Of a stretch of DNA of 64,000 nt, positions 10,553 to 20,200 are shown one piece after another. Origin of the DNA: Oceanispirochaeta sp. (GTDB lineage Bacteria; Spirochaetota; Spirochaetia; DSM-2461). Under the pieces are notes generated by a model, which had not been told where the DNA came from, searched no databases, and saw nothing but the letters and a program-made list of their open reading frames with translations. The position numbers and the translations under genes were made by a program. The DNA lies in NCBI GenBank assembly GCA_963663385.2, contig CAXXXD010000004.1, positions 640,001 through 704,000 of the forward strand, written 5' to 3'. Numbering within the stretch: position 1 is the first letter of the stretch; each line of letters begins with the position of its first letter.

Positions 10553-10836
10553 TTTAAATACCTGAATTCGTAATTAATAGTATTGTATTTGAATGAATCC
10601 GTTCTGAATAGGTATTTTGGGCCAAAATCATGCCTGTTACCGGAGCTGCTAATTCTAAATTATTTTATTAAAACAGTTTATGTGATTTGTTTACTAACTA
10701 AAGTTAGTGCATGGAAAAGGGGTTTCAGCCCGGATCTGCACTTATTGAGAACTTATCCTGAAGAATCATTAATACTATGATATATTATGAAATTTGAAGT
10801 GATATCAGTTTAAATAGTATTGGGGATAGATTCATC

Positions 10837-13800
10837 ATGAGAAGAATTATTGTTGTGTTGTTTATTATATTTGTGACAGGTGTGACGTCTTGTAAAAATA
10901 ATTTGATATCAATGGATGAGGATCTGCTTGAAAAAACAAAAGATTCGGTGGTTCCCGTACTTGTAATAGACAGCCCCGAGACAGAATCCCTTTTTAATCA
11001 AACCGTAGTTGTTACGGGATCTGTCACGGATGACGGTGCTGTTTTGCCGGAACTTCATTATTCGGTGAAAAATGAGCTGGGAGAGATAAAGGCTGAAGGG
11101 GTAGTTGAGTTAACAGCAGAAACTGTTGACAGCGGTGTTAAAGGGACATTTTCATTCAGTTTTTCCACAAGCAGCATGGATACGGATGTATTGCTGGAAA
11201 TGACTGCTGTTGACTGGAATGACAATGAAGCTGAGGTAGTTTCGGTCAAACTGCTCTACCCGGGAAGTTCCATCCCCACCTTTTCCGTTCAGCCCGGAAA
11301 CGACAGCATCGCCCTCTCCTGGGACGCTCTGCCCGAAGCAGCATCCTATACCGTGTATTACAGCCCCAAAGGGGAGGAGTTTCTGGAAAATACGGCTCAT
11401 TCCTTTACCCTGACCGCCGATGAGGTTGGGGAATCCGCTGAAATTTCCATGACATCAGAGGAGTATGATATTGCCAACGGCTGGATGACCAAGGTACGGG
11501 TCAAGGCTGAATCGGAAACCGGTTCCTGGCTCTCTCCCCTTCTTACGGCCATACCGGTATCATGCTTTACGCTTATACCGAAAAGCAACTGTTATACGGA
11601 TAAGATTGCCCTGTCCTGGAAGCCCTTTCATACGCCGGCGGGTGAGAGAGTGAATTATACGGTTTGGCGCTCTTCATCCTATGACGGGGTGTATTCCCGG
11701 ATCTCCTCCGACAGCCTCGATGAGGCTTTCTATGAGGACACAGGAGTACCGGAAGGTCAAACGGTTTACTATAAGATTGGCTATACCGTGGGGGAAGGGG
11801 TGGAAGAGGCGTCTTCGAGCGAGCCGCTGGCAGCCGAAACCTCGGTGCTCGATCCCGATGCTTCAGCCGATGCGGATGTGAATCTGCTCTTAACAGACGA
11901 TACGGAGCTGATCAACCATGTGGAGTTTGCAAGCGATGGATCGCGGGCCTTTGCCATAGACTCTATCTATGTCAGTTCCACCACCTCCTATGTTTCCTAC
12001 CTTATGGAAACCAGCTTATCCGGTTCCGGGGCGAACGGAACGGTTATGGAGATCTCGGTTCCCGAGGTTTCGGGAAATAGAATGACTATCCACGGATTGA
12101 AGGCAACCCCTGAACGAACCTACGTCGCTCTCTCTGCCAAGGAAGACGGCGTTACTACCCGTCAAATCCGTTCCTATGATATCTCCGTACCGGGAAGCAT
12201 GACGTATAATCCCTCCGAGAACATCAGTTTCAGTTCTATCTGCAGGGGGTTGAATTACGGAACCCCCGGCGGAACTGAGACTCTTTTCTACTTCGACTCT
12301 GCAGGGCTACGCTCGGTGGATATTTCCGATCCGGCCAGTCCCGGTACGCCCGTCACCCATTCGGCACTCTCCGGCATTGTCGGGCCGACATATGTGCAGG
12401 ATGTCGCCTATGCAGGCGGCTATCTCTATATCCTCCACTACGTCAGCGCCAGTACCGACTGGAACCTCACCGCCTATGATGTCACGGCACATACTCAGAC
12501 AACTTACACCCTCCATCACAGGGTGATCGGCTCCGAGGTCTACGGCGCCTTCTCCCTGGAAGCGGATGCTTCGTCAGGCAATCTGGTGGTAGCGGCAAGC
12601 GGCTATCACTATCAGTACATATATCCGGCGGACAAGGGCTTTCTCTGGTACTTTGATATCGGGACCGATCCCGCCGATCCTTCTCTGGAACGTTATGAGG
12701 AGATGGGGATACGTATCGACGATGTGGAGGTTCTGGGAGCGAGGGCCTTCTGTTCGACCTACAACGGATTGGTACTGGTTGTGGATTTGAACTCCACCGC
12801 TCTGATCGCCCGTTCGGAGATCAAAGCCAGGGGATACGGGCCGGACCTTGATGTAGCTGACGGTTCGGCCAGGGTTATAGTGGCCAGCGGCTCCTCGGGA
12901 GTTTCGTATACGGTAATCGAGGACTCTCAGTCTCCCTCCTATGGAGATATTGTTTCTCTTGGTTACGGAGGAATCGCCCGGAATAATGTCTGCTTTGCCG
13001 ACGGGTACCTCTATGCTCCCACCGGCCAAACGACTATGAAAAGCTACACTCAGCGGAGCGACGGCAGCCTGACGCTTTTTTCCGAAAGGGCTATGGATAC
13101 CCGGAGTGTCCTTGTACGGGGCAATTATCTGTTTACCGGATACAAGACGCTGACCATTGCCCGGATGTCGGCCAAAGGGGATGTGGCCTCCATGGAGGTA
13201 TTGGCCGAGCTTAATGTTATGGGGGATATTACCGGCCTTGCTATCCGGGGGGACTATCTCTATGTCTCGGAGGGAAATTTCGGAGTGGAGATCTTCAATA
13301 TTTCCGATCCCTCCCGGCCCGAGTCGATCGGCTGGGCCAACTCCTTCGGCGAGGCCAGGGAGATCTTTATTGCCAGGGACAGGCTGATTATGGCCGATAC
13401 CAGCCTGGGGCTGCGCTGTTTTGATGTAAGCGTACCCGAGTCGCCGGAGCTGCTGGGGGATTTCAGGGACACTGATTCGGATGCGGGTACCGACGGTTTG
13501 AGTGTGGCTGGAGACTATATCTACTGGGCCACCAGCACAGGGCTTTTCGTACTGCGGGGAGAGGACGCCTCTACCTGGCGGAATGCATCTTCCGTATCCG
13601 GTGATCCGGGTTCGGCTCTGGACTGGGTGGATACGGAGATGAACTGCCTCAATGCCCAGGGGGATGCCCTGTATGCCGCCGTAAAAGCTTCTCAGTTCTA
13701 TTTCGGCGCCTTCGATATCACTCTGCCGGCCAAACCGGATCTCTTCTATATGAACTACGATACCTATATCAAGAACAGTCCCGTTATGGTTGTTTCGGGC

Positions 13801-13857
13801 AGTCACTTCTTCTCTCATCAAGAGCATGATATGAGGCCCTTCTATCTGCCGCGCTGA
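10837..13857 (+). CDS. Large surface lipoprotein with Ig/FN3-like domains and LVIVD repeats
   Basis: Lipobox VTS-C; PGNDSIALSW and YTVWRS...YYKI FN3-like motifs; repeats such as GDYLYV..GVEIFNISDP. Confidence 0.8.
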   Translation: MRRIIVVLFIIFVTGVTSCKNNLISMDEDLLEKTKDSVVPVLVIDSPETESLFNQTVVVTGSVTDDGAVLPELHYSVKNELGEIKAEGVVELTAETVDSGVKGTFSFSFSTSSMDTDVLLEMTAVDWNDNEAEVVSVKLLYPGSSIPTFSVQPGNDSIALSWDALPEAASYTVYYSPKGEEFLENTAHSFTLTADEVGESAEISMTSEEYDIANGWMTKVRVKAESETGSWLSPLLTAIPVSCFTLIPKSNCYTDKIALSWKPFHTPAGERVNYTVWRSSSYDGVYSRISSDSLDEAFYEDTGVPEGQTVYYKIGYTVGEGVEEASSSEPLAAETSVLDPDASADADVNLLLTDDTELINHVEFASDGSRAFAIDSIYVSSTTSYVSYLMETSLSGSGANGTVMEISVPEVSGNRMTIHGLKATPERTYVALSAKEDGVTTRQIRSYDISVPGSMTYNPSENISFSSICRGLNYGTPGGTETLFYFDSAGLRSVDISDPASPGTPVTHSALSGIVGPTYVQDVAYAGGYLYILHYVSASTDWNLTAYDVTAHTQTTYTLHHRVIGSEVYGAFSLEADASSGNLVVAASGYHYQYIYPADKGFLWYFDIGTDPADPSLERYEEMGIRIDDVEVLGARAFCSTYNGLVLVVDLNSTALIARSEIKARGYGPDLDVADGSARVIVASGSSGVSYTVIEDSQSPSYGDIVSLGYGGIARNNVCFADGYLYAPTGQTTMKSYTQRSDGSLTLFSERAMDTRSVLVRGNYLFTGYKTLTIARMSAKGDVASMEVLAELNVMGDITGLAIRGDYLYVSEGNFGVEIFNISDPSRPESIGWANSFGEAREIFIARDRLIMADTSLGLRCFDVSVPESPELLGDFRDTDSDAGTDGLSVAGDYIYWATSTGLFVLRGEDASTWRNASSVSGDPGSALDWVDTEMNCLNAQGDALYAAVKASQFYFGAFDITLPAKPDLFYMNYDTYIKNSPVMVVSGSHFFSHQEHDMRPFYLPR

Positions 13858-13883
13858 GAGGATGCGGGAATAATTGTGAGGGC

Positions 13884-13915
13884 AAAAAAAAAGAGCAGGC
13901 GAAACGCTTGCTCTT
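13884..13915 (-). terminator. Intrinsic terminator after tRNA-Asn
   Basis: AAGAGCAGGCG-AAA-CGCTTGCTCTT hairpin with a U-tract on the minus strand. Confidence 0.8.
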
Positions 13916-13918
13916 AAG

Positions 13919-13991
13919 CTCCCCCGAACAGACTCGAACTGCTGACATGGTGGTTAACAGCCACCCGCTCTACCGACTGAGCTACAGGGGA
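13919..13991 (-). tRNA. tRNA-Asn (GTT)
   Basis: Cloverleaf TCCCCTG..GGTGG-CTGTTAA-CCACC..TTCGAGT..CGGGGGAG; CCA not encoded. Confidence 0.97.
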
Positions 13992-14010
13992 ATATAAATA
14001 ATTCTTGATG

Positions 14011-14039
14011 AATATATCCGGTTTCCCTTTTTGTGTCAA
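14011..14039 (-). promoter_or_regulatory. Sigma-70 promoter of tRNA-Asn
   Basis: TTGACA-17 bp-TATATT. Confidence 0.75.
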
Positions 14040-14124
14040 CAGCTCTTTCAAAGAAAAATTCAGCCATTCCGGAACCTGCATTTCTGTAGGGATGTTCTCA
14101 TGGAAACAGATGCCGGATAAACGA

Positions 14125-14160
14125 GAAAAAAGCCGTCCCCGGAGGAACGGCTTTTTTTTT
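14125..14160. terminator. Bidirectional intrinsic terminator downstream of glutamine synthetase
   Basis: AAAAAAGCCGT...ACGGCTTTTTTTTT hairpin with A and T tracts on both sides. Confidence 0.8.
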
Positions 14161-14197
14161 AAATATTACTGTGTAATGATTTAAATAAAGTTAAATC

Positions 14198-16321
14198 TTA
14201 AAGATTAAACAGCATGTCCTCATAGGAGGGAAAAGGCCATCTGTCCTTGTCCGTAATCTTTTCCAGCGCATCGGCAAAGCCCCGCAGAGCATCCATGGCG
14301 GGAATGACTTTTTCTCTGTAAGCTTTGGCCTGAGCCATCAGATCCTCTTCCTGCTCAAGGGCTGCATCGATCTCTTTCTTCAGTACCGTATTGGCTTTCA
14401 GCATGCCTTCCATATTGCTGTTCAGTTCTGCCAGAACGGCTTCCTGAGCGGATGTATCGGCTGAAGAAAGGACTGATTTGATGGATGTGATCCCTTCGGC
14501 AACCGAAGCGGCAAATTCACTGACAGCGGGGAAGATCATTCTTCCGGCCATTTCGTAGGAAACACCGGCTTCTATATTAATCTGTTTGCTGTAGTTCTCC
14601 AGGTAGATGTCTACACGGGATTTGAGTTCCTCTTTGCTCAATACTTTGTATTTTTCAAAAAGGGCAATCGATTCGGGGCTGCCCATAACAGGAACCGCCT
14701 CTACTGTAGACTTCAGGTTGGGAAGCCCCCGTTTTTCCGCTTCTGCCAGCCATTCATCGGAGTAACCGTTTCCGTTGAAAACAATTCTGCTGTGGGCTTT
14801 ATACGTATCTTTTACAATTTTCTGAATCTCGGCATTTACGTCGGATGCTTTTTCCAGCTGTGAGGCAAACTCATCAAGAACTTCTGCCACTGCTGTGTTA
14901 AGAACAACATTGGGTCCCGCAACAGACTGGGTGGAACCGACCATTCTGAATTCAAACTTGTTCCCTGTAAAGGCAAAAGGCGATGTTCTGTTACGGTCGG
15001 TCATATCCATGGGAAGAGTGGGGAGCGTGGTTGCTCCGATTTCCATTTTTCTTCCGCCTTCGACTGTTACAGTTTCTCCGGCAGCCAGTTTTTCCAGAAT
15101 GTCGGAAAGCTGGTCTCCCATAAAAATGGAAATTACTGCGGGGGGCGCTTCATTGGCTCCCAGTCTATGATCGTTTCCGGAGCTGGCTGCTGAAGATCTG
15201 AGAAGAGCTGAATACTTGTCTACAGCTTTTATGGTAGCAACGCAGAACAGGAGAAACTGGGCATTGTCATGGGGAGTCGCGCCGGGGTTCAGCAGGTTGA
15301 TGCCGTCGTCTGTTGCGATAGACCAGTTGTTATGTTTACCCGAGCCGTTTACGCCGGCAAAGGGCTTCTCATGGAGCAGACAGGCCAGATCATGTTTGTC
15401 CGCAACCTTTTTCATCATCTCCATGGTGATCTGGTTCCAGTCTGTTGCCACATTGGCAGAGCAGTAGATGGGTGCCAGCTCGAACTGGTTGGGCGCTACT
15501 TCGTTATGCTGTGTTTTGGCTGAAATTCCCAGTTTCCAGAGTTCCGTGTTCAGATCTCTCATAAAATCGGCGACTCTGTCCTTGATGGCGCCAAAGTAGT
15601 GATCGTCCAGTTCCTGTCCTTTGGCGGACATGGTTCCGAATACTGTTCTTCCGGTCAGCTTGATATCGGGTCTCTGCAGAAAATACTCTTTATCAATCAG
15701 GAAGTATTCCTGTTCGGGACCGACGGAAGTGACAACTCTTGCGGAAGTTGTGTTTCCCATCAGTTTCAGGATTCTCATGGCCTGTTTGTTAATTGCGTCC
15801 ATGGAACGGAGCAGCGGGGTTTTCTTGTCCAGAGCTTCGCTTGTGTAGGAGACGAATGCTGTGGGAATAGTCAGTGTCAGACCAGTATTGTCCTGCTTCA
15901 GAAACGCGGGCGATCCCGTATCCCAGGCTGTATAACCACGGGCTTCAAAAGTCTCTCTCAGTCCGCCGTTAGGGAAAGAGGAGGCATCCGGTTCACCCTG
16001 GATGAGCTCCTTGCCGGAGAACTCCATCATGACAGTCCCGTCACCCACAGGATCGATAAAGGCATCGTGTTTTTCTGCGGTAAGACCGGTCAGGGGCTGG
16101 AACCAGTGGGTAAAGTGGGTGGCGCCTTTCTCTATGGCCCAGTCTTTCATGGCTGCTGCGATGACTTCCGCTACTGCCAGAGAAAGCTTGATTTCTCCGG
16201 TCTGTACTTTCTTGAACTCTTTAAAAACTGATTTGGGCAGTCTTTCCTTCATAGCTGCTTCTGAAAAACAGTATTCTCCGTAAATGGATTGCAGTGATGT
16301 TTCTGAATAATTAACGCTCAA
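14198..16321 (-). CDS. glnN: Glutamine synthetase type III
   Basis: 707 aa; [71 protein letters not shown]. Confidence 0.97.
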   Translation of the reverse strand: MSVNYSETSLQSIYGEYCFSEAAMKERLPKSVFKEFKKVQTGEIKLSLAVAEVIAAAMKDWAIEKGATHFTHWFQPLTGLTAEKHDAFIDPVGDGTVMMEFSGKELIQGEPDASSFPNGGLRETFEARGYTAWDTGSPAFLKQDNTGLTLTIPTAFVSYTSEALDKKTPLLRSMDAINKQAMRILKLMGNTTSARVVTSVGPEQEYFLIDKEYFLQRPDIKLTGRTVFGTMSAKGQELDDHYFGAIKDRVADFMRDLNTELWKLGISAKTQHNEVAPNQFELAPIYCSANVATDWNQITMEMMKKVADKHDLACLLHEKPFAGVNGSGKHNNWSIATDDGINLLNPGATPHDNAQFLLFCVATIKAVDKYSALLRSSAASSGNDHRLGANEAPPAVISIFMGDQLSDILEKLAAGETVTVEGGRKMEIGATTLPTLPMDMTDRNRTSPFAFTGNKFEFRMVGSTQSVAGPNVVLNTAVAEVLDEFASQLEKASDVNAEIQKIVKDTYKAHSRIVFNGNGYSDEWLAEAEKRGLPNLKSTVEAVPVMGSPESIALFEKYKVLSKEELKSRVDIYLENYSKQINIEAGVSYEMAGRMIFPAVSEFAASVAEGITSIKSVLSSADTSAQEAVLAELNSNMEGMLKANTVLKKEIDAALEQEEDLMAQAKAYREKVIPAMDALRGFADALEKITDKDRWPFPSYEDMLFNL

Positions 16322-16367
16322 GTCTTTCTCCTTGATTAAATATCTTTAATTGTAATGGCAAATAATA

Positions 16368-16383
16368 TGCAGGTTTCATGCCA
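16368..16383 (-). promoter_or_regulatory. Sigma-54 -24/-12 promoter of GSIII
   Basis: TGGCATGAAACCTGCA with exact GG-N10-GC spacing. Confidence 0.85.
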
Positions 16384-16493
16384 TTTTTCTGATTGGCTGA
16401 TTGATGTTTGTGTAAGTGTATATGGGGAAAGCAATAAAAACATTTTGAATGCTTTGAATATTTATAATTTGTTAAATATCTGAATATAGTATC

Positions 16494-16535
16494 TACAATT
16501 ATGTATTAAAATGGCATGAATACTACAAAAATGTA
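16494..16535. promoter_or_regulatory. Paired palindromic enhancer sites TACA-N4-TGTA upstream of GSIII
   Basis: TACAATTATGTA (16494) and TACAAAAATGTA (16524), 30 bp apart, about 110 bp upstream of the -24 element. Confidence 0.7.
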
Positions 16536-16628
16536 TCGATAGGACAGGCCTTGTGAAAACATGTTCCTGATCGGCTGACAAGGTCATTCATTTTCGCGGG
16601 TGTAAGAAAAACCGGCGGGTTTTGCATA

Positions 16629-16676
16629 AAAAAAGGCTGTTCTCCTACTTATGCATCAGGAAAACAGCCCTTTTGA
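16629..16676 (-). terminator. Probable terminator after glnK
   Basis: AAAAGGCTGTT...AACAGCCCTTTT imperfect hairpin with U-tract on the minus strand. Confidence 0.55.
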
Positions 16677-16688
16677 TTTTGCCGGAGA

Positions 16689-17030
16689 TCAGCCGATGGC
16701 CGTCTCTCCTCTCTCTCCGCTTCTGATTCTTATGGAGTCTTCAATAGGCAGGATAAATATCTTGCCGTCACCGATTTCTCCGGAACGGGCGCCGCGGATA
16801 ATGGCATCGATCGTGGGTTGTACAAACCTGGCTGTTACAGCTATTTCAATCCGAACCTTTTTCAGCAGGTTCACCTCCACGTCAACACCGCGGTAGGTTT
16901 CGGTATAACCCATCTGCTGTCCGCATCCCATGGCATTGGTAACGGAAATCTTATGTATTTCATCTTTGAACAGTTCCTGCTTAACCGCATTCAGTTTATC
17001 AGGCTGTATATACGCAACAATCAGTTTCAT
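16689..17030 (-). CDS. glnK: P-II nitrogen regulatory protein
   Basis: 113 aa; G.GQQ.G..E.YRG T-loop, GEIGDGKIF, IRIRSGERG; adjacent to amtB. Confidence 0.93.
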   Translation of the reverse strand: MKLIVAYIQPDKLNAVKQELFKDEIHKISVTNAMGCGQQMGYTETYRGVDVEVNLLKKVRIEIAVTARFVQPTIDAIIRGARSGEIGDGKIFILPIEDSIRIRSGERGETAIG

Positions 17031-17057
17031 TAATGCTTCTCCTTCTACCTGGTCTTG

Positions 17058-18368
17058 TTATATGTTCTGGAAAATCTGGAATCCTGCATAGGATTCCGTT
17101 CCATGTTCTTCAATATCCAAACCTCTCAGTTCTTCATCTGCAGAAACTCTCAGACCGACAGTCTTGCTGATAATGAAGAACAGCAGACCGGCTGTTACGG
17201 TAACCCATATGAATACGGATGCCGCACCTAGCGCCTGAACGCCAATCTGTCCGGCTCTGGTCAGACCGGAACCGATCATCTCGATATCACCGAAGATACC
17301 AACCGCAAGGGTTCCCCATACACCGCATACGCCATGTACGGAAATGGCACCGACAGGATCGTCAATATGCAGAACCTTATCGATAAACTCTACGGATGCG
17401 ACAACCAGGATACCGGCTGCCAGACCGATAATTATGGATGCACCGGGGCTGACTACCCAACAGGGTGCTGTAATACCAACCAGTCCGGCCAGAGCTCCAT
17501 TCAGGGACATGGAAACATCGGGTTTTCCAAAAGCTATCCAGGTGGTAAACATGGCGGCAATTGAACCGGCCGCAGCTGCAAGGGTTGTCGTAACCGCTAC
17601 GGCTGTCATGCTGACATCGGTACCGGAAAGGGTTGAGCCCGCATTGAATCCATACCAGCCGAACCAGAGGATAAATACACCAAGGGCCGCCAGAGGCATG
17701 TTGTGTCCCATTATGGCTTTTACACTGGTTTTTCCATTAACCTTTACATATTTTCCCATACGGGGACCGATAATAATGGCGCCCATCAGAGCCGCCCAGG
17801 CGCCTACGGAGTGGACTACGGTAGAACCGGCAAAGTCATGGAATCCCATGGCGCTTAACCACCCGCCGTTCCAGATCCAGTGACCGGAAATGGGGTAGAT
17901 AATACCTGAAATAACAACACTGTAGATCAGGTAGGAAGAAAACTTTGTTCTTTCCGCCATGGCGCCGGATACAATAGTCGCTGCGGTTGCTGCAAATACG
18001 ACCTGGAAGAACCAGTTCATTGTGTCGCCGCTGGCCAGAAAGAAATCGCTGGTTCCGATAATACCGCCTGCTGATTTCCCGTACATCAGACCCCAGCCGA
18101 TAGCCCAGTACAGGATGGCTCCGGCAGAAAAGTCCATCAGGTTCTTCATGATAATGTTACCGGCATTTTTTGCCCGGGTCAGACCTGTTTCAACCATGGC
18201 GAATCCGGCCTGCATGAAGAATACAAGCCCTCCGCAGAGGAGCAGCCAGATGGCATCAAACGCTGCTGAATAAAGTTCCAGTGTGTCTGTGATTTCGTCA
18301 GCATGGACGCTGACGCTCAATAATAAAGCCAGTATTGTGAAGATTAGCATCTTCCTGCTTTTTTTCAT
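17058..18368 (-). CDS. amtB: Ammonium transporter
   Basis: FFMQAGFAMVE, HDFAGSTVVH, LWFGWYGFNAGS, IDDPVGAISVHG. Confidence 0.97.
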   Translation of the reverse strand: MKKSRKMLIFTILALLLSVSVHADEITDTLELYSAAFDAIWLLLCGGLVFFMQAGFAMVETGLTRAKNAGNIIMKNLMDFSAGAILYWAIGWGLMYGKSAGGIIGTSDFFLASGDTMNWFFQVVFAATAATIVSGAMAERTKFSSYLIYSVVISGIIYPISGHWIWNGGWLSAMGFHDFAGSTVVHSVGAWAALMGAIIIGPRMGKYVKVNGKTSVKAIMGHNMPLAALGVFILWFGWYGFNAGSTLSGTDVSMTAVAVTTTLAAAAGSIAAMFTTWIAFGKPDVSMSLNGALAGLVGITAPCWVVSPGASIIIGLAAGILVVASVEFIDKVLHIDDPVGAISVHGVCGVWGTLAVGIFGDIEMIGSGLTRAGQIGVQALGAASVFIWVTVTAGLLFFIISKTVGLRVSADEELRGLDIEEHGTESYAGFQIFQNI

Positions 18369-18409
18369 TTTAGGATACCTCTCCTGTTTTGTGTTCTGAT
18401 CACTTATAT

Positions 18410-18425
18410 TGCAGGAGCTGTGCCA
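18410..18425 (-). promoter_or_regulatory. Sigma-54 -24/-12 promoter of amtB-glnK
   Basis: TGGCACAGCTCCTGCA with exact spacing. Confidence 0.88.
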
Positions 18426-18489
18426 AAAAAAGTTTCCTTTTATGGCATTAAATTCTAAATCGTTATTTTATAGGAAAATACAGTGTGAT

Positions 18490-18520
18490 AAAAAAAATGG
18501 GGTCCCGGGGGACCCCATTT
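18490..18520 (-). terminator. Intrinsic terminator after the NifA-like activator gene
   Basis: AAATGGGGTCC...GGACCCCATTT hairpin followed by a T tract on the minus strand. Confidence 0.8.
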
Positions 18521-18549
18521 CCGGGACGAATCCAGAAAATGAAACAAAC

Positions 18550-18591
18550 TACCATTATGTAGGTGTTTTGAAGTATTCCTACATAATGGTC
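18550..18591. promoter_or_regulatory. Paired enhancer-like sites upstream of amtB
   Basis: TACCATTATGTA (18550) and TACATAATGGTC (18580), 30 bp apart, mutually inverted copies of ACCATTATGTAGG. Confidence 0.65.
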
Positions 18592-20143
18592 CTGTAGTTT
18601 TTGTAGTTGATATTATATTTTTTAACCCGCAAGCCATAATCCTCTCGGTAATACCGAGCTTTCGGGCCGCTCTGGCCATATTGCCCCTGTTGGATTTGAG
18701 GGCTTCGCTGATTAATTCCTTCTCCAGGTTCTCAACAGCTTCCTGAAGAGTCGAGTGAATACCCGTATTGGATGACTCGGCTGACTGAAGGCTGGGGGGG
18801 AGGTGGTAGGCATGAATTACCTGATCCGTACTGAGCAGAACAGCTCTCTCGATACAGTTTTCAAGCTCACGGACATTTCCGGGCCAGTGATAACTCATAA
18901 TAAGGTCTATGGCCGAGCTGGAAATCCTCTTGATATGCTTCCGGTTTCTTTTACTGTACTTTTCGGTAAAAAAATCTGCCAGCAGCATCAGGTCCGTTTT
19001 TCTCTCCCGCATGGGAGGGATATGAATGGGAAAAACATTAAGCCTGTAATACAGGTCTTCCCGGAATGTATTATTCTCGATCTCCTCTTCCAGGTTGCGG
19101 TTGGTTGCCGCCAGGATCCGGACATTTACCTTGATCGTCTCAGATCCTCCTACCCGTTCTATTTCGCGTTCCTGCAGAACCCGGAGCAGTTTTACCTGGG
19201 TCATGGGTGAGATCTCTCCAATCTCATCCAGGAAGATGGTTCCGCCGTCGGCCATTTCAAACCTCCCTTTACGGGTGTTCATGGCGCCTGTAAAAGCGCC
19301 TTTTTCATGACCGAACAGCTCACTTTCTATTACGCTTTCGGGAAGAGCGGCGCAGTTTATTTTAATAAACGGCTTATCCGCTCTTAAACTGTTGTAATGT
19401 ATGGCCTGGGCTACAAGTTCCTTTCCGGTACCGCTTTCTCCGCGGATCAAAACCGTTGCGTCGCTGCCGGAAACCTGAGACATCAGATCGAAGACTTCCT
19501 GCATGGCCTGGGAGTTTCCTACCATATTGTCGGGCTGAAATTTCGCTTTCAACTCTTTCTGCAGACGGGTATTTTCTTCCAGAAGACGTTGTTTCTCTTC
19601 TTCCGAGCGCTGTCTCAGCTGTACCGCACGGGCTATCATACTGGAAACGATGGAAAGGAGCCGGACATCATCATCCAGGTCCATCTCCCCCTCCTGATTG
19701 AGGCGATCGATACTGAAGGTTCCAATTACTTCATTCCCGCTTTTGATGGGAACACAGATAAAAGATGTCTGTTTATTCTGCCAGCTTTTCCTGGCGCCTG
19801 TTTTATCCAGGAAGGAGGGTTCATCTTCGATGTTGGGAATAATCATAGGCTGCCCCGTTTCGACAACCTTACCTGTTATGCCTTCTCCGACTTTATATCG
19901 CCCTTTCATTTTTTCCTGAGAGGAGAGGCCGTAGGCCGCTTCGATGGACAGTTCTCCTGTTTTTCTGTTAAGCAGGGTTATGGTTGCTCTCTGCATTCCG
20001 ATATTTTCAGCCATGGATTCCAGAAGCGGGTGGATAACTTCTTTAAGGTCCATATCTTCATCCAGGATCCGGCTTATTTCGAACAAAAGGGTCAGCTCTT
20101 TAATTTTTCTTCTGTAGTGTTTTGTATTTAATGCTTCAGACAT
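18579..20143 (-). CDS. NifA-like sigma-54 activator (GAF-AAA+-Fis HTH) with an apparent 1-bp deletion near its 3' end
   Basis: [46 protein letters not shown]; one added G near 18634 gives [15 protein letters not shown]..stop at 18579; as sequenced the ORF runs to 18455. Confidence 0.9.
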
Positions 20144-20149
20144 GGAGCT

Positions 20150-20178
20150 ATCATACGTATATGTAGGAAATAAAGCAA
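20150..20178 (-). promoter_or_regulatory. Sigma-70 promoter of the activator, probably leaderless
   Basis: TTGCTT-17 bp-TATGAT ending 6 nt before the ATG; no SD. Confidence 0.6.
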
Positions 20179-20200
20179 GAGGAAAATTACATTTATGTCG

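Noticed and set aside
12574..13827. 417 aa minus-strand ORF
   Set aside because: Shadow of the LVIVD lipoprotein gene with typical antisense composition
6679..13991. Integrative element anchored at tRNA-Asn
   Set aside because: AT-rich content is suggestive, but no integrase or duplicated tRNA 3' end was found by eye
18355..18372. amtB start region as a specific target of candidate sRNA 1
   Set aside because: The TGCTTTTTT(T)CATTT match is low-complexity and expected for many MKK starts; needs a statistical target search
18455..18578. C-terminal extension of the sigma-54 activator in the ORF track
   Set aside because: Arises from the frameshift and overlaps the terminator and enhancer sites
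18579..20143. Naming the activator nifA
   Set aside because: No nif genes in the window and the candidate sites are not TGT-N10-ACA
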